From positions 145,886,001-145,950,000 of the forward strand of contig OZ024742.1 in NCBI GenBank assembly GCA_964016885.1: a stretch of DNA of 64,000 nucleotides, read 5' to 3'. This DNA comes from Eledone cirrhosa (Eukaryota). Below are positions 26,657-38,930 of this stretch, piece by piece. The position numbers and the translations under genes were made by a program. Numbering within the stretch: the first letter of the stretch is position 1; each line of letters begins with the position of its first letter. The notes under the pieces were generated by a model that saw only the letters and a list, made by a program, of their open reading frames with translations, was not told the DNA's origin and ran no database searches.

Positions 26657-29600
26657 AAAAGATGCATAAAGATACAGTAATGAATTACAAATTTCAGAAG
26701 TTCCCTTTACTGCTGAAATGAAAAACACAGAAAAAGCAAAGCAGGTAAAAGTAACTGCAAAGAAAGAACTGCTACAGAAACTGGCTAAGAAATGGCAAGA
26801 AAAGCCTCTGTATGGAAAATACCCAGAAAGAGCTAACACTCCTGATGTTGACAAAACTTTAACCCATCAGTGGTTAGCATCCTCTGGACTGAAATCGGAG
26901 ACTGATTATATCAGCACAAGATCAGTGTCTGCCAACATCATAAAAAATGGATGCAACCCATTATGCTGTGTATGTAAAAAACAACCAGAGACCATTGATC
27001 ATAAAATTTCAATGTGCAGCCTTATAGCTCCAACCGAATACCTAAACAGGCATGACAGAGCTGCACAATACATACATTGGATAATGCGTAAGCATTTTGA
27101 CCTGCCCCATCAAAAGAATTGGTGGGAGCATCAACCACCCCCCATACTTGAAAAGATCACATCTCAATCTTGTGGAACTTTAGCATCCAAACAGACTGAA
27201 AAATAGATGCAAATAGACCTGATATAATACTGAAGGACTTTAAAAAGAGGGTGTGCCTCCTAATTGATATGTCTGTTCCAATAGACAAGAATGTATCTAT
27301 AAAAACATGAAAAATTGAGCAAGTGTAAGGACCTGGAGATAGAGATTGGAAAAATATGGAAGTTGAGAACTAAAACAATACCAGTGGTTGTAGGCGCTCT
27401 AGGAATGATACCCAAGGGGTCTAATGATTACTTATCCCAAATCCCAGGAAACCTGCATATAGAAGAAATACAAAGATAGTACTAATGGGAACTGCCCATA
27501 TACTAAGGAAGATTCTGTCAATATAAGTACATCACAAGTCTAAACACCTAAAGATGCATGTGTGAATATGTATGTTCTTTCTTGAACATGGCGGACCTTG
27601 TTGTCTCTTGAGGTCACTGGTTGTGACTTGGTGAGAACTCGTATGAACATAAAGCAAGATAAATGAAAAAATAATAATTGTTTCTACTTTTTGGCACAAG
27701 GCCAGCAATTACCCAGTGTATTACTGGTACTTTATTTTATCGACCCCGTAAGGATGAAAGGTAAATTTAACCTCGGCGGGATTCGGAATCTGAATGGCAA
27801 GGAAAATAATAATGATGATGTTTACTATAGGAACAAGACCAGCAATTTGGGGGAGAGAAAAATTGATTAAATCGACCACAGTGCTTACTGGTCAGCAATA
27901 CCCCAGTGCATTACTGGTGCTTTATTTTATTGACCCCATTAGGATGAAAGGTAAAGTTAACCTTGGCAGGAAATCAGAACATAAAGGTCCATAATTCTAT
28001 GCTGAGAAGCATTTGGTCTGGCGCTCTACCGATTCTGCCAATAATAATAATAATCATTATTATTATTATTATTAGAGGCGGTGGATTGGCAGTATTGGTA
28101 GAGGGTCAGACGCCATGCTTTCCAGCATAGTTACGTCCCTTTACAATCTGAGTTCAAATCCCGCCGAGGTTGACTTTGCCTTTCATCCTTACGGGGTCGA
28201 TAAAATAAAGTACCAGTAATGCACTGGGTAATTGCTAGCCTTGTGCCTAAAGTAGAAACAATTATTATTATTATTATTATAAAACACAACTTCATATTTA
28301 ACTATAATCTACAGAATTCTAAATGAGCACACATCACTTCAAATTGAGAATAACAATTTCAAAGTGAACTTAGTGTGCAGATAGCTGGAGGAGACACTGC
28401 ATGACATTTTGTTCAATACATTCACAACTGCAAATCCATTGTTTGTTTACTGTGAAAATCAATTACAGTATTTGTAATTCCAAGTGAGTATATATCAATT
28501 CAATATGAGATTAATGATTTCAAAATGAAACCTTACTATTTCAAAGTGAGAATGGCAATTTCAAAATGAGCTTAACACAAAAGTGTTTCATTATGCAATT
28601 CTAAGAGATGAACAGAGAAGTTAAAATATATGCTGATTAGGAGGAGGGGCACAAAAAGATTTATTTAGTAGTAATTATAACATCAAAACATTATAACATC
28701 ATTTGTAATGTCAAGAATGTGAATTTTCCTGGATTTGACAGGAGACTGGAGTGAAGGACATAATCAAGACCATCAAGAAGGGCAAACATAGATGGGTTGG
28801 CCACATCTCTCATCTAAGAGACAACAGGTGGACTATTAGAGTAACAAACTGGACACCAAGGCAGTGGAGTATAACTAGAGGGCAGCCAAAGGCAAGATGG
28901 CATGACGATATGACGCGACACCTTGGCCCCACATGGCCCAGTATGGCCAGAGATAGGAAGTGATGGAAGTCAACCAGGGAGGGGTTCCTCCAACAGGAGT
29001 GTGAAGACCCTGTATTTGGAATTATAAGTTTTTATTAGCCAAGTAGTGAAGCAAAAAAATCTCATCATATGGTTGAAATACCTTCCTATTTTTTCAGGAG
29101 TATGAATAGCAATGGCACCAACCCATGATTCTAACAGTCTATGAGCTGACTGCAATAAGCAATTTGAAGTTTGAGACTTTTTTTGTTTCATATCCACTTG
29201 ATGTAGCTTATCTAGGCATTACAGAAAATACATTTGACTCATAAAACTCATATAAATACACTGCCTAAAAAAAATCAATCTGTGTAATAATTTTAAAAGT
29301 TGTCTATGCCATTAAATTTTAACATCCATAGAAAACAAGCTATTACAACTGTGGTTAAAAAAGTGCAGGCATTTGGTTTTGTTTATAATATTGTATTCTT
29401 CATTTGATAAAGTCTCCTCTGTCTTATTTTATGAGAAGATATGTTATGCATTCTTGGCTAATTAAATTAAGTAAGCTTAGGTTTTGTTTAAATAACATGA
29501 GCTCACTATGAAATCACTTTTCTCATATTGAAATAATATGTTCCACTTTGAAGTGATATACATTCACTTTGAAATCCCTATTCTCAATTTGAAATGACAT

Positions 29601-31614
29601 GTGCTCACTTAGATATACAAATACTGTATTAAATAGACCACAGAAAACTAGGATAAAGCTGCTGGTAGGTGATGTTGATATTTAAAATGTTAACTTTAGT
29701 TTAAAATTACTTTAGATCAGAGGTTCTCAAAGTGGGTGCTACCCCTACCCTGGGAACGTTGAGAAGGTCCAAAGGGGCACTGGAGGGCAGTAGAGATGAT
29801 ATAATAGTATATTAGATATCAAATGATACATATATAAAAATATAGTAAAATAAAAAATATAATATTTATTTATACATAATATATTTATTATATATTATTT
29901 ATTATATATAAAATTAACGATTTTATATATAATATATTATTTACAATTTGTGTGTAGGCAGGTTTCACTGGAAATAGGGTTGGGGGCGTTGAGGGTATTA
30001 TGTGGTCATGAGGTGGGGGGGGGGGGGGGGGGGCTCAAAAAGTTTGAGAACCTCTGGTTTAGATGAACTAATTACAGAGTTTGACCTGTCTGAAAAAGAG
30101 TAAAAAAATAAAAGAAGGAAAGATACATTGAATAATGTTGTCCCATATATATATATATAAAAAAAACAGGTTTGTCATGACTCGACTGTCTTTAACCCAA
30201 AGTCTGTCCAATATTAGCTGATCCAAAGCTAAACAAAAACTGTTTTAGAAACAGAGAGGCAAGGAAAGAAAGAGTGAAGTTGAGAAATAATAAGATGTAC
30301 TCACTTTCCTTGGCCAAGGGTACTGTAAAGGTAGTTCCAACAAGAGACTAGAGCTGAAATCCCTGCTGATGAAGGGTACTGGGGTCTAGACATACAATAC
30401 CTGTTAAAGAGATAATATAACATGATGTTAATATGACTGGAGAGGTTAAATATTAACAATATAACTGAAGAGGTTAAATATGGTTAATTACAATTGAGTT
30501 TTCAGCCTTTCATCTTTTTCATTGGTTTCAGTCACCAGACAATGGCCATGCTGGGGCACCATATCCAATGTTTTACTCTTTTACTGGTTTCAGTCAATAG
30601 AATGTGGTAATGCTCAGGCACTACTTTCAAGAGATTTTGCTGATCATATGGATTGCAGTATACATTTTTCAAGTTTAGTACTTATTTTACTGTTATCGAA
30701 CTGGTAAGTTACGGGGCGTAAATATATAGACACAGATACACACACATAATGGGCTTCTGTACAGTTTCTGTCAACTATATTTCATTTACATAGCATTGGT
30801 CAGAATAAGGTTATCGTAGAAGATACTTGCTCAAAATGCTTTGCAGTGGGATCACGCCAAAACCTACTTGGTTGTGAAGTGACTCTTTAACCACACAGCC
30901 ATGCCTGCATTCATATTATCTATTATGTCTTTGATTTTGTTCTATAGTTAATCCCACTGAGATTAACTTTGCCTTTCTTCCTTTCAAAGTTAATATAAAA
31001 GTGCCAGTTCAGTACTGGGGTCAGTTCTTCCTCTATATCTCTTTCTCCTTTCCTCCCCACCACTCTCTTTCTCTACTTCACCAGAAGAAATTGGCTGTGT
31101 CCAGACCTGGAGAGTGATGGGCTCCACCATGTTTAATAAGTCAATATGACACTCCTAGTACTTCATCAGGAGTTATGGGTCCATACATACATAGGGGAAG
31201 AGGTATTGTAATATTTATTCCAGCTTTTTGCCATTTGAGTTCAAATCCTAATCCCACTAAAGTTTATATTGAGTTTTACCCTTTCAGGATTGATAAAGAA
31301 AGCACTAGCCCAGTGCTGGTACAGCCCTCTCACCTCCCAGCTGTCATGCACTGAATGTTTCACTGGATCAAGGTTAGGAGAATATCTATGTCTGTTCATG
31401 AATATATGGATGCCTAAAAGCCTTAACAAAAGCATGGTACATATTATGAAGCCATGTAGTTGTTATAGCTCACACCTATGTAGGTTTTGCAGTACTCCAA
31501 TGAGGTTACATCTCATAGGAGGTTTCTTGGGTGCTTTAACGATAGGGGTCTGAGTCCTATCATGTAAAGACTCCTAGCTACTATGAAGCCATACATGATT
31601 GCCCCATATGTAGT

Positions 31615-31645
<31 letters not shown>

Positions 31646-34044
31646 TATATGTATGTATTTGAAAACGACTCACTCATCATCATCATCATCATCGATGGAC
31701 GTTAAACGATGATGATGATGATGATGATGATGAGTGAGTCGTTTTCAAATACATACATATATACTATGTGTATAGCTTAGTCAGAGGTGGAGGGGAAGCA
31801 CCTCTGATATTGCAGAGATTCCAAAACAAAACAGATAGAGATGTGTGTGAAGAGAGGAGGATAACCCTGACACATTGTATCTTGCGATATAGTCACTAAC
31901 AGACCAGAGATCTCTCGTCCAAATTCTTCCCACAAAGTAAGTAAACTCTGTTAAAAGCATCCATTGACAAAATCTGAACTGTTTTATAAATTATAAATAG
32001 GGCAGATGTGAGAACTGAATCACCATTTTACAAAACTGATATGAGAAATTAAAATTTTTAGAAATGAAAAAATTATCTCATGTCAAAGTTCAATAAATAA
32101 ATTGAGATTTGAAGTGGAAAATAATTCCAAACTTTTCTGAGTTTGAATTTCAATTTCAGTTACAAAAATTATTTTATTTGACATCCTTTCTTCATAAATT
32201 CTGTAATATGATTTCTAATTTAAGCACAAGGCCAATAAGGGGAAAAGTCGATAAAATCAACTCCAGTATTTGATTGGTAAATTATCTTATCAATCCCTGA
32301 TAGGATGAAAGATAAAGTTGGCCTTGACAGGACTTGAACTCAGAATGTAGAAAATTTTAACCAACTGCTGCAAAACATTTTGCCTGTCATTCTAATGATA
32401 CTACCAATTCACCACCCTTAAATTCTGCAATATGAAAAAAATCTTAGTTTTATTAAATTTGCAATAAAAAAAATAAAAGTTTCAATTAAAATTTCTAACG
32501 GAGGACATCTATATGATAATTAATCCTCTCTCGATTTTGACAATGTTCTCCCAGTTGTTCTACCAAATGAAACGTCAACCTGGTAAATTAATGTGTTAAG
32601 TTGCCAAATATTCCACAGGCACATGTAACTCCAAAGTAATTTCCAATTTAAATCTAATACAATCTAATCCAGGGCCTTCTCACTCATGTTGGAGGAAACC
32701 CTCCTTAGCTGACTTCCACCACTTTCTATTTGGTTTTGGTCATGTCAGGGTTGTAGCCATACTCCCCATGCTTGGCCAATTACAGGTTGGTGAGGCTATT
32801 TAACCAATATTTGCTTTTATCTATTCAAATTTATCCACATTATACTTTGTAGTGGCATCAAATCTATGATCTCATGATTGTGAAACAAACTACTTCACCA
32901 CTCAGTAAGGTCTGTGTCCATAGAGAAGTAGATGACAATAATATTTAGTTACATTCTTTTAATAATCTGATTTCAAATCCTGCCAAGGATAACTTTGCCT
33001 TTCATCCTTCAGAGGTAACTAAAATAAGTATCTGTTATGTACTGGGGTTGATAAAATTGACAATAACCTTCCACCCAAAATTTGTAGCCTTCTGTCTTGT
33101 GTTAGAAATTCCTAGAATGTCAGTTCAAATCATGGAAGATGGTATAATTAGAGAAACACACAGACAGGTTTTTAATGGACCCCCCCCCCCTCCTAAAAAA
33201 AAAACAGAAAAAAAAAAAATACAGAAATCCGCTTACTAAAACTTATTCATTCTGTAAAATAATTCCAACTTAATTTTAAGTTCTACCCATATCAGCTCCT
33301 CAGAATATTGTATAAAAATAGATTTTCTTTTACTTAATTACCTGAATTTGCTAAGAAACAACTAGATCTATAGAGTTTTATTCACACACACAAAAAAAAC
33401 AAAAAAACATGAAAAGGAAAAAAAAGAAAGTGAAAATCTTTTCAGTTGTAACATTTTGTAGAAGTAGCAATGTTGGCAGGATGATTGGCTGTCATTATCA
33501 ATCATTATGAAGTTGCTTCACTATCAGCTCACTTAAGTCACACAGACATCATAGATTGCTCAACTAAATGTATGCTGAGAGAAGAATATTGTCTTTGTAT
33601 TGAATAACTGTGTATTTACTGCATACAGCTCTTTATTAAATCAAGTAGACAGATATACAGGTACACAGACAAACTACAGTATAGTTCTGTATTAACCCAG
33701 GTAGACAGATATACAGGTACACAGACAAACTACAGTATAGTTCTGTATTAACCCAGGTAGACAGATAGACAGGTACACAGACAAACTACAGTATAGTTCT
33801 GTATTAACCCAGGTAGAAAGATAGACAGGTACACAGACAAACTACAGTATAGTTCTGTATTAACCCAGGTAGACAGATATACAGGTACACAGACAAACTA
33901 CAGTATAGTTCTGTATTAACCCAGGTAGACAGATATACAGGTACACAGACAAACCACAGTATAGTTCTGTATTAACCCAGGTAGACAGATATACAGGTAC
34001 ACAGACAAACTACAGTATAGTTCTGTATTAACCCAGGTAGACAG

Positions 34045-34077
<33 letters not shown>

Positions 34078-36163
34078 AATTATTGTGTAAAGTGCTCAGG
34101 TGCACTACAACTCGTCAAAGGTACATGTATAGTATATAGAATAATATACAAATATCAGGGAAGTGAATAGTGTATGAGTCATGAAATACATGTGGGTATG
34201 TGTATGGAGGGAGAACATTAGGTGTAGTGGTGGTGAATCTCGAGAAGCATGGAGGTTTTAAAGGATGCAGTGTCTCGACACCTAACAACTGATGCAGGTA
34301 GTTTGTACCATGCTTCAGCAACTTTGAGCGTGAAAAATGTTTCCGAAAGTCATGGGAACTGTGCTGTTTTATATATGTAGGTATTCAGACAGACTACAGT
34401 ATATTTCTGTATTAAACCAGGTAGACAGATATATAGATACAGAGACAGTCTACAGCTTACTGCTTTATTAAACCAGGTAGTCAGCTATACAGGTACTTAC
34501 ATAGTACACAGCATATTACTATATTAAACCAGGTAGACAGTTAAATAGGTACACAGACTACAACCTTTTTTAACCAGATAGACAAATATACAGGTACACA
34601 GAGAGACTGCAGCTTACTGCTTCATTAAACCAGGAAGACAAGAGATTGTACTAGGGTAAAGACAATAAGCACAATTTTATTTCTACTGCACAAGTTTTTA
34701 AATTGTTTGTAGAAACATTATACAAAGTGACCACAAAAACACTCCTTGAGTCTGGACCGAGCTTGATTATCGCATTGATGTTTGCTGAGCAACAAAAGAG
34801 ACACATACTGGGTATCTATGATATCAACGAATACCACATGAAACTGTTAGTTTATGTAACTGTAGCCACCAATATTGTAAGAATATTCATTTACGTTTTC
34901 ATATAATAAATATTTGAAATTAATGAGTGCTTTTGTGGTCATCCTGTATATTCAAATACAATTATACTTTGGGTTAAAACTAAAAATTTGGCAAACAAAT
35001 GTCTTCTGTCAACTTGTATCAGACATGATGATAAACATGTCACATATAACATTAATTACAAGGTTAGTGTGTATTTTCCCATCATTATGTATTTTTAAGT
35101 TAATAATACGAGAGGGATGCTGCTATCACAGGAGTACTGTGGTGAAACCCAAGTGACACTGAATATATTCCTGAAGGATGAAAGGCAAAAATAACCTTGG
35201 CAGGATCTGAACTCAGGATGTAAAGAACTAGAACAAATATCACAAAACATTTTGTCTGATACTTTAATGATTCTACCAATTCACTGCTCTAACAATGATT
35301 TCTAATTTAGATACAGGGCCAGCAAATTATAAGAGAAGGGCAAAGTTGATTAAATTAACCCCAGTACTTTACTGGTATTTTATTTTATCAATCATAGCAG
35401 GATGAAAGGCAAAATTGACCTCGATAGGATTTGTGGTCAAAGCATTTTGTCTGATGCTTTAATGATTTTACTAATCAACTACTATTAACAACAACAACAA
35501 TGATAATAATAACATGCTCTGTGAGTTAACCCTTTAGCATTTCCATTATTCTATAAATAATTGTTTCTACTTTAGGCACAAGGCCAGCAATTACCCAGTG
35601 CATTACTGGTACTTTATTTTATCGACCCCGTAAGGATGAAAGGCAAAGTCAACCTTGGCGGGATTTGAACTCAGATCGTAAAGGGACGTAACTATGCTGG
35701 AAAGCATGGCGTCCGACCCTCTACCGATACTGCCAATCCACTGCCTATAAATAATATTGTATTTTCACAGTAAAGGCTGAATCTCTCATAATTATCTCAC
35801 ATAATATCAAATATAGACGATTTCGATGTTATTTATTTTTAGAACAATACCTTAACATAAATATGAGCAGCAGTTATGGCCAGTTTCAACAGAAAGAGGT
35901 GAGAGAATTCTGGCTGGATATGGCTGGTTTAAATGCTAAACGGTTAAGCAATCATAAATAAGCAACCATTAATCAACTATTTTAAAGAAATAAAATACAA
36001 CAACTTGGTAAAGCTTACCATCGTTTAATGTCGAGATTCTTTCTGAGATTAATTATCTGAGATAGACTATTATCATCATTAAGGAAGGAATATTCTGAGG
36101 ACTCAGCAGTCATTGGTGATAGAACTACAATGAAACAAAAAAAAGGGCAAAGATAAAATTGTA

Positions 36164-36230
<67 letters not shown>

Positions 36231-36710
36231 ATAATAATGGTTTAGACTGATATCAAGTTATTTCAATCTCATTGTTTACAATTTACATATATATATAAAT
36301 GTAATCTGAGTTTTTCAAATATTAATAATTGTTTCTACTTTAGGCACAAGGCCAGCAATTACCCAGTGCATTACTGGTACTTTATTTTATCGACCCCGTA
36401 AGGATGAAAGGCAAAGTCAACCTCGGCGGGATTTGAACTCAGATCATAAAGGGACGTAACTATGCTGGAAAGAATGGCGTCCGACCCTCTACCAATACTG
36501 CCAATCCAAATATTAATAATAACATTCGATTCGTTTCCAATTTTGCAAACAAGCCTCAATTTTATAGCCATGTCAGGAGAATAAACACTTCATTCTTGCT
36601 CTTATGTTGGCATGCGAACAGAACTGCAGACACTAATGTTTCTGGGTATCACCCTTCATCAGTACAGCTCACTGTTCACCTGCCAAACTATCAGAGCTAG
36701 TGAAAATATA

Positions 36711-36751
<41 letters not shown>

Positions 36752-37632
36752 TTTGCATACTGTCACGTCTCCCATTCATAGTCTTCATGAATAGGATTGG
36801 CATGCGCAGTTGGGTTGGAAGTGATATCATGATCAGCTGGTTGGAATTTGGAGACGCCATGGTATTATTATTTAACTTGTCAGAAGGTGATCTCCGACAT
36901 GCACTTGATAGGTTTGATGCTGATTGTTGCATGGCTGGAATGGAAATCAGTGCTGTGAAAACTGAGACACTTGTCCTCTCAAGGAAGCCTGTGCTATGCA
37001 CTCTACATGTGAGTGGAGTTCTACTGAAGCAGGTAGATAAGTTCAAGTATCTTGGGGCTGTGTTCATGAGTGATGGAAGGCAGGAGGCTGAATTAAGTTC
37101 AAGAATTGCATGAGCTGGTGCAGTAATGTGCCAGCATCAGCATTCTGTCATCAGAATAAGCCAAACTTGCTATCTTCAATTCGGTATTTGTGCCAACTCT
37201 TACCTATGGTCATAAATCTTCGGTAATGACCGAAAGAATACTATCACAATAAAAGTGACTGAAATCAGATTTCTCCGAAGGACCCTTGGAGTAATGTTAC
37301 TCAATAGAGTGTGTAGCTTGGAGATTAGACAATCACTCAGTGTAGAGCTAATACTTCTCTGAATTGAGAGAACACAACCCTGATACTACCGACATGTGGT
37401 CAGAATGTCTTAGGCAAGAAAAACTGGACAGATTTTACAGACAAAAACAACCAGCAGGAGACCCAAGGGTAGACCCCGAGCAAGATGGTCGGATAACATA
37501 TATGAGCTTGGCTGGTCTTGCCTGGGGATCCAGTTAGATCAATTGGAGATGGTTGCTTCTGGCAGGACTTGCTGGAAGGCATGCTTGAAGTCTCTGCCTC
37601 ATGACCCTTCCAGAAATAAATGAGCGAAGAAG

Positions 37633-37667
<35 letters not shown>

Positions 37668-38880
37668 TATATGGTGAACGGTAAAAATGGCACCGGTTAA
37701 AATGGTACAAGTAGAAAAATAGGTAAATTGGCAAGTTTAACGTCTTTTGCAGCACAGCATCACTCTACTCATTGCGGTCTGTTGTCATTATTTTTGAGAG
37801 CTTCAGTAATTTGAGATTAACTCTCCCAACTGTTGCTCAGATTTTCTTTGTTTTTTTTCTCTATTGCAGTTTCCTTCCAGTGGGATTACTTGCCACTTCT
37901 TCACCTAGCAATCATCATCATGCACATCACATGTCTATACCAATGCAATCTCCTCCCTTGCACACTACATCTGATATCACTTACACCCAATATCAGCTGT
38001 TGTCATTCACACACATTATCATTGCTCATCCATCGGAGCATGCTTGCCTCATTTCTCTTCAGCCTTCGCATAGCCTCTGCATTCCCTGCTCATGTCTCAC
38101 TAGCATGCAACAATGCACATCACACACAGGCATCATACAGAAATTTAGAAAAAAATTGATTATGTTGTGTATTTTCTTTTGAGTGAGAAATACATTTAGA
38201 CATATTAACATGGAGCAATGCCCAGACCAATAAAAACAGATTATATGTAATTAAATGAATAACATACGTGCATGTTGTTTCTTAACAGGATCCCACTCGG
38301 AGTTTCCAACATCCCATGTGATGTCATATGACTCCATACTACCTTCAGTCTCACAAGATTTTGCATGTTCCACTTCTTCAGACTTTCGTCTAAGCTTTAA
38401 AGTACTTGATGAATCAACATTTGTTAACACTGCAGAGCAGATAAAATTAATTATATCAATATAATTACTATATTATATTAAGTAAATAAAATTACAGACA
38501 CACTTTAATCTGAAATGTTATCTTTGACAATAACTAATCACATATGATGTGGTTATTATTTACTTTGTTTTCTTTAATTATTTGGTTTTGTCCTGTTCAC
38601 TTATCTCTTCTACATCCTTTCCCTTTATATATATATGTGTGTGTGTGTGTGCGTGTGTGAAAAACAACACAAGAGAACAATACACTACAATGATGATATA
38701 TATTAGTTCAATGCTTGTTATAGTAGGAAAAAAGTCTTTATGTTTCAGACATTAGTCCTTCATTGGAAGATAGAATGAGAAATAGAAGGAGGAATAGAAT
38801 ATATGAGAGCAAGAAAAGGAGCAAACAGAAAACAATTACAGAAGAAAAGCATGTTTGTGTTGAGTCAGCCAGTTTGGGTA

Positions 38881-38930
<50 letters not shown>

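Noticed and set aside
28076-28170. tRNA genes
   Set aside because: A and B boxes belong to SINE heads; no cloverleaf
31780-31945. Plus-strand exon ending in AAA|GTAAGT (nested or antisense transcript)
   Set aside because: Single donor-like site only; no ORF or partner exon
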